This document shows, piece after piece, positions 9,446 through 17,991 of a DNA stretch of 64,000 bases (position 1 is its first letter; each line of letters begins with the position of its first letter). The stretch is from the NCBI GenBank assembly GCA_035517655.1, contig DATIYJ010000029.1, positions 18,230 through 82,229 of the forward strand. The letters are read 5' to 3'. Origin of the DNA: Nitrospiria bacterium (GTDB lineage Bacteria; Nitrospirota; Nitrospiria; JACQBZ01). Made by a program: the position numbers and the translations under genes. The notes under the pieces are model-generated. The model was not told the origin of the DNA, did not search any database, and was given only the letters and a program-made list of their open reading frames with translations.

Positions 9446-10140
9446 CATTCGGAGATTCTCTTTTTGAGGAAATTGATGAGGAGTTCTCCCGATATGAGTT
9501 AAAAATCTCTCTTTTAGTTGCTGGATTCGATCAAAATGGACATGGTCACATTTTTAGTATAGAAAGTTGCGAACCGATGTTTATATTTTACAATATGGAA
9601 AGCATCCAATTAAATTGCATGAAAAAGATATTGATGATGATGTTCTTGCTAAAATCTGCGGAGTACTTCATCCTGAATAATTTGCCTCACCACAGATAGA
9701 TAAGCTAAATAAAATACCTGAATTAAGTCGGTTTCCTAAGATAGTAAAAAAACAAAAAAAGAAATGACCAGTTTCAGATTTATTTATTTTTCTTTTTCCA
9801 CCGTGCCATTGCTGCTTTTTTTGCAATTTGTTTCCGCTTAAAAGAAGGGAGAGATGCGGCCCGTGCTTTTCCACCCTTTAGCCCTCCGAGTCGTCCAAGT
9901 GCTACTGCCGCGGGATTTTTCGGTTTCTCTGACCCTTCTGTAGCTGCTTTGAGGATTTCGAAGCAGTTACGTTTTCATCTTTGCTTGATCGCTTAGGCAT
10001 GATGTGATTACGCCATGCCATATTGTAGAAATCAATAGGCCAGAAAATCAAACTGACCCACTACCAAAGTGGGGGTTTTAGCTACGGGTTTGATAAAGTG
10101 GAGGGAGCAATTTTTTATAGCGCGCTTCCATCAGGAGAGG
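9446..10140. other. Low-GC (~35-40%) non-coding insert, compositionally foreign. Probable remnant of a horizontally acquired or mobile segment.
   Basis: Abrupt GC drop against ~62% flanks. Poly-A/T runs. The only ORF (9418-9699) is low complexity. The insert abuts the truncated CARDB gene on one side and the HepT/MNT pair on the other. Confidence 0.5.
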
Positions 10141-10143
10141 CTG

Positions 10144-10575
10144 CTACTCGGGCGCGTTCTTTTTGACAAACGCGTTAATGGCCTGTAGATATTTTGGGAT
10201 GTCTCTTAGGGCAAACTGAAGTCCTTCATAAACCTTCCGTTCATCAATCTCATCATATTCATGTACGATTCGGTTCCGTAGCCCGGATGCCCCCGCCAGT
10301 GTTCGCGCAAAGATGGGTTCCAGAACGCCGAGCCGTCCCAGTTCTACAAAGGATTCAAAATAGTCTTTGGGCGGCGGATGTCCGAGTTCAGTGACAATAT
10401 GGTAATTGATATCAATCATCCGGCCTATTATGCGTTCAAGGTAACGCTCGGCCAGGACTTCGTAAGTGGGATTTTAAAGATAAGCATCCAATGAAAATTC
10501 GGCGTAAGGCTCCAGGGCCTTGAGGTCTTTGCCGATGAGGCTTATCTTTCGGATCACCAGGGTGCGGTCGATCAC
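10144..10575 (-). pseudogene. hepT: HepT-family (DUF86, HEPN RxxxxHEY) toxin gene interrupted by an in-frame TAA
   Basis: C-terminal part is ORF 10144-10419 with GLRNRIVHEYDEID (HEPN Rx4HxY). Hand translation shows the same frame continuing upstream as VIDRTLVIRKISLIGKDLKALEPYAEFSLDAYL-TAA(10474-10476)-NPTYEVLAERYLERIIGRMIDINYH. A GTG start at 10575 overlaps the MNT stop (GTGA). Confidence 0.55.
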
Positions 10576-10991
10576 GAAGCCATCCCGGTTCTCTTTAGAA
10601 GTTGCTCAACGTATTGCCGTTCCATCTCAAAATAGCGGCGGTGGTCTTGATACCGTTTGAAGGTATAGATTTTAAGTTCCATCAGCCTACCAGGCGCGCC
10701 GTAAAGGAGGCGGCAGTTTTCGGTGATCTTTTTCAGAATGAGAGGATCGGCATGGTTGATGATACTGAGGTCAACGGGCTGATCGGGGAAAATTTTCTGG
10801 AAACCATGGACGAGCTCGGAATATTCCGGACTGGTGGGGCTGCGTTCTTTCCGGAACAGCACCGCGATATCAAGGTCGCTTCCGGCATGCCGCTTGCCGG
10901 TCAGGGCCGATCCAAAAAGCAGAATCAAACTGATCCCATGTCGATCGGCAATCCGGTTTAATTTTTTTCTTTCCTCGACGGCGAGTTCCAC
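10572..10991 (-). CDS. mntA: MNT-type nucleotidyltransferase antitoxin (partner of HepT)
   Basis: 139 aa. LFGSALTGKRHAGSDLDIAV is the GSx9-13DxD minimal nucleotidyltransferase motif. Immediately upstream of and overlapping hepT. Confidence 0.8.
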   Translation of the reverse strand: MELAVEERKKLNRIADRHGISLILLFGSALTGKRHAGSDLDIAVLFRKERSPTSPEYSELVHGFQKIFPDQPVDLSIINHADPLILKKITENCRLLYGAPGRLMELKIYTFKRYQDHRRYFEMERQYVEQLLKRTGMAS

Positions 10992-11104
10992 GATCGGGAT
11001 CCTTACGGGTTGTTTAAACCCATGGTCGGATTATACCGGCATCGAGACGGTCCGTCAAGGAGATGTATGCGTTTGCCTTCATTCAACCCGTTGGGCTGAC
11101 TTAT

Positions 11105-11130
11105 TGAAGAACCCCGCCCTCACAGGCGGG
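11105..11130 (-). terminator. GC-rich hairpin downstream of hydrolase gene (possible terminator)
   Basis: ccccgccctcacaggcgggg forms a 7-bp perfect stem CCCCGCC/GGCGGGG. On the minus strand it is followed by ttcttcaataag (weak T-tract). Confidence 0.3.
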
Positions 11131-11177
11131 GATTACGCTCGCTACACGGATCAAACAGGAAGGGAAGAAACGATGAC

Positions 11178-11834
11178 TCAAGCCGACTTCGAACTGAGAT
11201 GCCGCGCGAACCATCGGGCCGCAAGGCGGGCCACTTCCTCCAGAGCGCCGGGTTCTTCAAACAGATGGGTCGCCCCCGGAATGACGGCCAACTCCTTCTC
11301 CCCCTTGAGCCGATCATAGGCCTGCTGATTGAGTTCGATGACGACGTCGTCATCGCCCCCGACGATCAGCAGGGTCGGCGTCTTCACGCGATCGAGAACG
11401 GGCCCGGCCAGATCGGGACGCCCTCCCCGCGAGACAACCGCCCGCACCGTCGGGCCCAGAGCGGCAGCCGCCTCGAGCGCCGCGGCGGCGCCCGTGCTGG
11501 CCCCAAAATAGCCGACCTTCAACTTCTTTGTTTCCGACCGCCCCGTCAGCCATCGCGTGGCCGCGGTCAAGCGATCCGTCAGCAGAGAGATGTCGAAGCG
11601 CGTTTCATAGACGGCGTCTTCCGGCTCGGTGAGAAGATCGAACAACAGGGTTCCGATGCCGTTTTCGCGCAATACCCTCGCGACATAATTATTCCGGGGA
11701 CTGCGGCGGCTGCTGCCGCTGCCGTGCGCGAACAGCACCACGCCCTGCGCCCCGGCGGGAATCGCAAGCATTCCCTCCAGGTTCACGGCATCCGCTCGGA
11801 TGCGCACAAGATGCTCGGGACTTTCCTTCGCCAT
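11178..11834 (-). CDS. Alpha/beta hydrolase, dienelactone hydrolase family
   Basis: 218 aa. VVLFAHGSGSS, GxSxG-like YFGASTGAAAAL, and LLIVGGDDD..IPGATHLF point to a DLH-like fold. Confidence 0.75.
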   Translation of the reverse strand: MAKESPEHLVRIRADAVNLEGMLAIPAGAQGVVLFAHGSGSSRRSPRNNYVARVLRENGIGTLLFDLLTEPEDAVYETRFDISLLTDRLTAATRWLTGRSETKKLKVGYFGASTGAAAALEAAAALGPTVRAVVSRGGRPDLAGPVLDRVKTPTLLIVGGDDDVVIELNQQAYDRLKGEKELAVIPGATHLFEEPGALEEVARLAARWFARHLSSKSA

Positions 11835-11959
11835 GGCCTGTCTCCTCTTTTAGGGGGCTTGCTGATGGCCATCTACGCATCGCAAGGATTTTATGTTATC
11901 ATTGATTGCGTCAGGAATGCAAAAGGGCCGGAAGGCGGTCTGCAACGGAGGCGATCGTC

Positions 11960-12823
11960 ATGAAGGATCGCGGTGTGTTCGAAACAAGCGAACGGGATTT
12001 TGACAAGCAGGTAATTGAGCAGTCGAAAACCGCGCCGGTCCTTGTCGATTTCTGGGCCCCCTGGTGCGGCCCCTGCCGGATCCTCGGGCCGATATTGGAA
12101 GAAGCGGTCGAGGAACGTCAAGGCGAGGTTCGTCTGGCCAAGGTCAACAGCGACGAGAATCCGAATCTCGCCGCGCGCTACGGCATCCAAAGCATCCCCA
12201 CCGTTCTCGCGTTCATCAACGGCGATCCCGTGAACGGATTCATGGGGGCATTGCCAAAGGAAGCGATCCGCCAATTCATTGAAGAACTGATTCCCAAGGA
12301 GACGGATAAACTCGCCCGGAGAGCCGGAGAACTCGAACTGAAACAACGATGGGACGAAGCCCTGCAGTGCTATCGGGAGGCGCTCCAATCGGACCCGAAC
12401 CATCCGGCTTCGCTGATCGGGCGGCTGGGGATCCTGATCCGCCTCGAGCGATGGGCGGAGGCGGAGGAGGCCTATCAACGCATGCCGGGGACCGTCCAGA
12501 TGGATGACGAGGTCCAGCGTCTGAAAACCCGCTTGGATCTCGGCCGCGCGCTATCCGTCGGCCCGTCGATTCCGGATCTCCAGAAAAAATTGCAGGCCGA
12601 GCCGGCCGATCTCGAAGCCCGCGATCAACTCGCAGCGCTCTATGCCGCGAAGCGACAGTATCGCGAAGCCCTGGAGGAATGGCTGACGATCGTCAAGCGG
12701 GACCGGCGCTTCAAGGACGACGGCGCGCGAAAAAGGATGCTCCAGATTTTTGAACTGATCGATCCCCGCAGCCCGCTGGCCGAGGAATACCGCGAGAAAC
12801 TCGCCCGCGCGATCTATCGGTGA
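11960..12823 (+). CDS. Thioredoxin-domain protein with C-terminal TPR region (YbbN/CnoX-like co-chaperone)
   Basis: ATG at 11960 after a ggagg RBS. WAPWCGPCR thioredoxin active site. TPR-like helical C-terminal half. Confidence 0.8.
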   Translation: MKDRGVFETSERDFDKQVIEQSKTAPVLVDFWAPWCGPCRILGPILEEAVEERQGEVRLAKVNSDENPNLAARYGIQSIPTVLAFINGDPVNGFMGALPKEAIRQFIEELIPKETDKLARRAGELELKQRWDEALQCYREALQSDPNHPASLIGRLGILIRLERWAEAEEAYQRMPGTVQMDDEVQRLKTRLDLGRALSVGPSIPDLQKKLQAEPADLEARDQLAALYAAKRQYREALEEWLTIVKRDRRFKDDGARKRMLQIFELIDPRSPLAEEYREKLARAIYR

Positions 12824-12853
12824 TCCGGCCGGATTGGAGAAGGAAAAGGTGTC

Positions 12854-15800
12854 GTGGTGACCTCAGGCAGAGTTGAGAGAATTCACGCATCGGTGCCGGG
12901 GAGGGCTCGATTTCATGTCCCGGCGCTCCGGCGGTCAAACGCGCTCAAGCGCTGGCTGGAAAGCGAACTCATCGGATCGTCCGGAATCGAGCGCGCTTCC
13001 GCCAGTCCCGCAACGGGCAACGTCCTCGTTTATTACAATCCCCCCGTGGGTCCGCAGAACGTCGCGGACCACATCCGCGACATTCTCGAAAGGTTCCCGG
13101 CGGCCGCGCGTTCAATGCCGGTTTTGGATCCCGCAACGGGCTCGTCCCCCGCCCCGCCGGTTCCGGCGTCGCGGCGTCCCGAATCCCCGGCTGAAACGTG
13201 GCATCGGCTTTCCGCGAGCGCGGCGCTGTCGGCGCTTGAGGCGAATCCGGCGGGCCTGGCCGCCGACGAAATCGCCGAACGGCTCAGGCGGCACGGGAGG
13301 AACATCCTTCCCGGAGCGGAGCCCGCCTCGGCGCTCGGCACCTTTGTCGATCAGTTCAGATCGCTGCCCGCCGCACTGCTGGTGGGCGGAGCGGCGCTTT
13401 CCTTTCTGACCGCGGGCGCGGCCGAGGCCTTTGTGATCCTGGGGGCCGTGGGGCTCAACGCCGTGATCGGATTCATGATCGAGCGTCGGGCCGAGACGAC
13501 GATCCGATCGCTCAGGAGCCTCGTGCGTCCCCCCGCGTGGGTCATCCGCGACGGCGAAATCCGATCGATTGACGCGGAGCAGGTGGTCCCCGGCGACATC
13601 CTCGTTCTGAAGCGCGGGGCGCTGGTGCCGGCGGACGGGCGGATCATCGACGCGAACCGGCTGCGCCTGAACGAGGCGGCCCTGACGGGCGAGAGCATGC
13701 CGGTTCCCAAACAAGCGGAGGTTCTCCTAGGCCCCGAAACGCCCGTCACCGAGCGCTTAAACATGGTGTACCGGGGAACGTGGGTGAGCGGCGGCAGCGG
13801 TCTGGCGGTGGCGGCCACAACGGGAAAATCCACCGAGCTGGGGCGCATCCACGGGTTGGTCCTCCAGGCGGAGGAACAGGCCACTCCGCTGGAGCGCACG
13901 CTGGATCGCTTGGCCCGTCAGCTGGTCTTGATCAGCGGGGTGGTCTGCGGCTTCTCACTTCTCACCGGCCTTCTGCGAGGGTACGGACTGTTGGAGATAC
14001 TCCAGGCCTCCCTCTCGATGGCGGTCGCGGCCATTCCCGAGGGTTTGCCGACGATCACGACCACGACCCTGGCCCTGGGCATTCAGAACATGCGCCGCCA
14101 CCGCGTGATGATTCACCGCCTGGAAGCGGTCGAGGCGCTCGGTTCCATTCAGATCATCTGCTTTGATAAAACCGGCACGATCACGCTGAACCAAGTCACG
14201 GCGCTCGCGATTCACTCGGGGATGCGACGGATCGATGTGGTCCGCGGAAGCCTCACGGCCCGGGGAGCCCCGATCGATCCGCTCGAATGCGAGGAGGTGC
14301 TCCGATTGATGCAGATCGGCGCCCTCTGCAGCGATACCGACGTTCGCCGCGAAGGCGGTGAATGGGTTGTGAACGGTCCGCCGATGGACAACGCCTTGGT
14401 GAACCTGGCCCTCCGTGCGGGCGTGGATGTCCTTGAACTCCGCAGGAGCCATCCCGTTGTGGCGGTGCGACGGGGCTCCGCGCATCGGAAATACATGATG
14501 AGCGTCCACGTCAGCGGGGAAGCGGGATCCGACGGAGCCGGCCTGATCACCGTGAAGGGCAGACCGTCGGCGATCCTGACCCGGTGCGGCTGGCAGATCA
14601 AAGCGGGCAAGAGACAGCCCCTCGACGAGGAGGACCGGCGTCAGATCGGGATCGAAGCGGATCGCTTTTCGGCCGACGGCATGCGCATCGTGGGTCTCGC
14701 CTACCGGGAAGTCGATTCTCCAAGCCATCTTCCCGAAAAGGATCCGTCCGACCTCACGTGGGTTGGAGCGGTCGGTTTCGCCGACCCCATCCGGGACGGC
14801 GCCAAGGAGCTCATCAACGCCTTTCATGAGGCCGGCATCGCCACGGTCATGATCACGGGCGATCGGAGCGCCGCCGCTTATTCCATCGCCAAAGAAATCG
14901 GCCTCGCCGGCCGGGATCAGATCGAGATCCTGGACTCCACGCACCTTCGCAATCTTGAGCCGGAGGTATTAAGCGGGCTCACCGAGCGGGTGCATGTGTT
15001 CGCCCGACTCAGCCCGACACAAAAGCGGGAGATCGTTCTGGCGCTGCAGCGCAGGGGAAAAGTGGTGGCCATGACGGGGGACGGAATCAACGACGCGCCG
15101 GCGCTGAAGGCCGCCGACATCGGCATTGCCATGGGAAAAAGCGGCACCGCCCTGGCCCGCGAGGTCGCGGACGTCGTCCTGGAGGACGATCGACTTGAAT
15201 CGATGATCATCGCCGTGCGGCAGGGACGCACCCTCTACGACAACATCCGCAAATCCGCCCGCTATCTCCTGGCCACGACGGTCGGGGAAATCATCGTGAG
15301 GTTCGCGGGAATCGCCCTGAATTTCGAACACCCCGCGCCGTTTCTGTGGGTCAATCCGATTTTCCCGGCGATGGCTTTGGCGCTGGAACCGTCGGAGCCC
15401 GACGTGTTGAAGCGTCCGCCCCGACCCTCGCAGCAGCCGATCATCGGGCCGGACGATCTAAAGAGAACCGCCTTCGAAGGGGGAATGATGTCGCTGGGGG
15501 TGCTGGGCGCCTACGGTTATGGATTGGCCCGCTACGGCCCCGGTGCTCAGGCCGGAACACTCGCCTTCCTGGGACTGTCTACGGCCCAACTCCTCCATGC
15601 GTTGAGCTGTCGTTCCGATCACAGCCGATTGTTCCTGACGGGCGTCGGGGGAGGACACCCACCCCTTCCCCCGAACCCTTATTTATGGCTCTCGATCGGC
15701 GGGACCCTGCTCCTGCAGGGTATCGGGCTGCTCATTCCAGGCGTGCGGAGTTTGCTCGGCTTCACCCCCATTTCGCTTCTTGACGGAGCGGTGATCGGCG

Positions 15801-15937
15801 CCGGCGCGGTGCTGCCGCTCCTGATCAACGACGCCGCCAAAGGAACGCCTCATAAGCGGCCTTCTTCATCCGAAGCCGTGATTCCCGGACCGGCCTTCGC
15901 ACGATCGACGGTCAACCCAAACGGGGCGAATGGTTAA
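12854..15937 (+). CDS. P-type cation-transporting ATPase (P2/P3-like) with ~110 aa N-terminal CxxC-less HMA-like extension and C-terminal tail
   Basis: ICFDKTGTITLN (DKTGT), MITGDRSAAAYSIAKEIG, VAMTGDGINDAPALKAADIGIAMG, and Cation_ATPase_N-like HRLSASAALSALEANPAGLAADEIAERLRRHGRN. Ten predicted TM helices. Confidence 0.85.
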   Translation: MVTSGRVERIHASVPGRARFHVPALRRSNALKRWLESELIGSSGIERASASPATGNVLVYYNPPVGPQNVADHIRDILERFPAAARSMPVLDPATGSSPAPPVPASRRPESPAETWHRLSASAALSALEANPAGLAADEIAERLRRHGRNILPGAEPASALGTFVDQFRSLPAALLVGGAALSFLTAGAAEAFVILGAVGLNAVIGFMIERRAETTIRSLRSLVRPPAWVIRDGEIRSIDAEQVVPGDILVLKRGALVPADGRIIDANRLRLNEAALTGESMPVPKQAEVLLGPETPVTERLNMVYRGTWVSGGSGLAVAATTGKSTELGRIHGLVLQAEEQATPLERTLDRLARQLVLISGVVCGFSLLTGLLRGYGLLEILQASLSMAVAAIPEGLPTITTTTLALGIQNMRRHRVMIHRLEAVEALGSIQIICFDKTGTITLNQVTALAIHSGMRRIDVVRGSLTARGAPIDPLECEEVLRLMQIGALCSDTDVRREGGEWVVNGPPMDNALVNLALRAGVDVLELRRSHPVVAVRRGSAHRKYMMSVHVSGEAGSDGAGLITVKGRPSAILTRCGWQIKAGKRQPLDEEDRRQIGIEADRFSADGMRIVGLAYREVDSPSHLPEKDPSDLTWVGAVGFADPIRDGAKELINAFHEAGIATVMITGDRSAAAYSIAKEIGLAGRDQIEILDSTHLRNLEPEVLSGLTERVHVFARLSPTQKREIVLALQRRGKVVAMTGDGINDAPALKAADIGIAMGKSGTALAREVADVVLEDDRLESMIIAVRQGRTLYDNIRKSARYLLATTVGEIIVRFAGIALNFEHPAPFLWVNPIFPAMALALEPSEPDVLKRPPRPSQQPIIGPDDLKRTAFEGGMMSLGVLGAYGYGLARYGPGAQAGTLAFLGLSTAQLLHALSCRSDHSRLFLTGVGGGHPPLPPNPYLWLSIGGTLLLQGIGLLIPGVRSLLGFTPISLLDGAVIGAGAVLPLLINDAAKGTPHKRPSSSEAVIPGPAFARSTVNPNGANG

Positions 15938-16011
15938 GGAGCGGGTCAAATTACGGGGAGATCAAGATCGGTTTAAACCTTGTAAATTTTGACCAGCGGT
16001 TGAAGAGCCGA

Positions 16012-16656
16012 TCAAGAGGGAGGGATAAATTTGACGACGATTTTCCTGGACATGCCCGTGGGAGGAGGCCGAAGTTTCTTGAGTTCGGAAATGGCTTGAA
16101 GGGCGGACTGATCGAATTTTGGGTTGCCCGACGAATCCAAGAGCTGATATTTCAGGAGCTTCCCTTCATCGTCCACCTGAAGCTGAAAGACAACGGCCAG
16201 AGCCAAGTTCGACGGTAGATCGGGGGGTTGCTTATACAAACGCTGGATTTCGCTTGTTATCAGATCGACATATCCTGAAAACTTCCCTCCCGTTCCATTT
16301 CCGGAGGCAAAGGGATTTCCGAACCCGGGCAGTTGGACCGGCGCGGCGTGTTCCACGGGCGGAGGAGGAGCGCTTTTCGCCTCTTCCACCGGCGGAGGAG
16401 CAGCCTCGGGCTCGGCGGGCGGGGGCGGCGGTGGCTCGGGTTTGGGGGGTTCGGGCTCCGGCGGCTTGGGCTTCGGCGGCTCCGGTTCCCTCACATTCCG
16501 GATGTTGATTTTATAAATCGCCAAGAGTTCCTGTCCGAGCGACGTGGTGGCCAGCCAGACCAGCCCTCCCGCCAAAAGCAGGTGAAAACCGGCCACGATG
16601 ATCAAGGTGGTCCCCAGCCTGCTTTTTTTCTTCTTGAAGCCGGCGTATCCGGGCAC
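16012..16656 (-). CDS. tonB: TonB-family energy transducer (TM anchor, Pro-rich EP/KP spacer, TonB C-terminal domain)
   Basis: 214 aa. Proline-rich spacer EPEPPKPKPPEPEPPKPEPPPPPP. C-terminal ...LLDSSGNPKFDQSALQAISE resembles the TonB_C SSG..LD.AA motif. 4 nt after exbD. Confidence 0.7.
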   Translation of the reverse strand: MPGYAGFKKKKSRLGTTLIIVAGFHLLLAGGLVWLATTSLGQELLAIYKINIRNVREPEPPKPKPPEPEPPKPEPPPPPPAEPEAAPPPVEEAKSAPPPPVEHAAPVQLPGFGNPFASGNGTGGKFSGYVDLITSEIQRLYKQPPDLPSNLALAVVFQLQVDDEGKLLKYQLLDSSGNPKFDQSALQAISELKKLRPPPTGMSRKIVVKFIPPS

Positions 16657-16660
16657 AGGG

Positions 16661-17086
16661 TCAGCTCCCCGGGTCGCTCAGGAGTTTGGTGGCCAGACCC
16701 ACGTCTTCGATGGGCACTTTCTGCAACGCGTCCAATACCGCGACGACGTATTTGTACTCGACGTGCTCGTCCCCGCGGATGATGACGGGGAATTCACTCC
16801 CCTTGGCCTTCTTGAGGTCCCGTAAAATTCCCTCGAGCTCTCCGACCTCCACTTTTTGGTCGTCGAGATATATATCCCCCGTTTTTTTGATCGAAATCGC
16901 CCGCACCTTGTGCTCGTCGATGGTGGTGTCGTTCGGCGAGGATTCCGGAAGCTGCACCTCGATCCCCTGCAGCGCCGCCGTTGTCGTCAGGATGAAGACC
17001 ACCAGTAACACCCAGGCCAGATCGAGCAGCGGCGTGATATTCAACTCGGCCACCGCGCCGTGAGTGGATTTGGAAAATCGTTTCAT
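16661..17086 (-). CDS. exbD: ExbD/TolR biopolymer transport protein
   Basis: 141 aa. AELNITPLLDLAWVLLVVFILTT is the ExbD N-terminal TM signature. Confidence 0.8.
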   Translation of the reverse strand: MKRFSKSTHGAVAELNITPLLDLAWVLLVVFILTTTAALQGIEVQLPESSPNDTTIDEHKVRAISIKKTGDIYLDDQKVEVGELEGILRDLKKAKGSEFPVIIRGDEHVEYKYVVAVLDALQKVPIEDVGLATKLLSDPGS

Positions 17087-17119
17087 AATCGTCCTCCTCC
17101 CCGTTCCACGACGGACTAT

Positions 17120-17902
17120 CTACACGGTTCCCGGGTGCGCGGTGCCGGTCAGGGGATAGGCTCCCTGCTGACCCGTTTGCGAATCCACACCGGGCATCGT
17201 TCCCGTTGAAAGCGGCGCATCCGTAATCTTATGGCTCAAATATTCGGTGGCCAATACATTGTCCAGGTGCGCGGCGAAATTATCCATCTCGATCGTGATC
17301 TCCCGGATCTTGGTGACGAGATAGTTGTAGCAAAAAAGAGAGGGAATCGCGATTGAAAGACCGACCACCGTGTTGATCAGGGCCGCCGATACGCCCGGCG
17401 CCATGGCCGTCAAGCTGGCCTGCTGGCTGCGCGCGATGCCCGCAAAGGTATCCATGACCCCCCAGACCGTTCCGAGCAATCCGACAAAAGGACCCCCGCT
17501 GATGGCCGTCGCCAAAATGATCATGCCCGATTCCAGGTTTACGGTGGTTTCCCCCATCCCGCGCTCGATGGCGATGCGGACCGCGCTCATTCCATGGAGA
17601 GGAATTTTGTTTCCGTATTTGTTCAACTGACGCTTCAGCTCGTCGCAGGCTTCCCGGTAGACATCGAAGAGGGATGATCCTTCCAGCGATTTTTCCTGGG
17701 TGGATATCTCCAGAGCGGAATTTCCGGCGGAGTAAAGAGACAGAAACTGGGCATTCCGTCTCCGCGTCTTTCTCAGCTGCCGGAACTTATTAATGATGAC
17801 CGTCCAGCTCACCAATGAAAAGATCAAAAGGGCGATCATGATGATCTGCCCCTCGAGCGTCGAGTGCTTTAAACTGAAAGCAAGTCCTCCCAAATGTCCC
17901 AT
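17120..17902 (-). CDS. exbB: ExbB/TolQ/MotA-family proton channel
   Basis: 260 aa. Three TM helices. C-terminal MotA_ExbB region (GLLGTVWGVMDTFAGIA...TAMAPGVSAALINTVVGLSIAIP). Confidence 0.8.
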   Translation of the reverse strand: MGHLGGLAFSLKHSTLEGQIIMIALLIFSLVSWTVIINKFRQLRKTRRRNAQFLSLYSAGNSALEISTQEKSLEGSSLFDVYREACDELKRQLNKYGNKIPLHGMSAVRIAIERGMGETTVNLESGMIILATAISGGPFVGLLGTVWGVMDTFAGIARSQQASLTAMAPGVSAALINTVVGLSIAIPSLFCYNYLVTKIREITIEMDNFAAHLDNVLATEYLSHKITDAPLSTGTMPGVDSQTGQQGAYPLTGTAHPGTV

Positions 17903-17991
17903 ATCGATCTCTCCTAAGCGATTCCTGATGGTTTCGGGTTGTCCGGTCGAAGGATCCCGGACTCACAGCCGGGGATGCGCTCGGTTCGGAT

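Noticed and set aside
9418-9699. 93-aa ORF inside the AT-rich insert
   Set aside because: Low-complexity translation (runs of M, L, F, I) driven by AT richness, with no RBS or motif. Treated as non-coding remnant.
15938-16011. Imperfect inverted repeat GTCAAATT...AATTTTGAC between the convergent ATPase and tonB, considered as a bidirectional terminator
   Set aside because: Arms are only 8-9 nt with a mismatch, the loop is long (~30 nt) and there are no flanking T-tracts.
16012-17902. Alternative reading of exbB-exbD-tonB as tolQ-tolR-tolA
   Set aside because: No tolB or pal downstream. The gene after 16012 is the convergent P-type ATPase. The third protein has a Pro-rich (EP/KP) spacer typical of TonB rather than the Ala/Lys/Glu helical domain of TolA. 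A Tol-like identity cannot be fully excluded.
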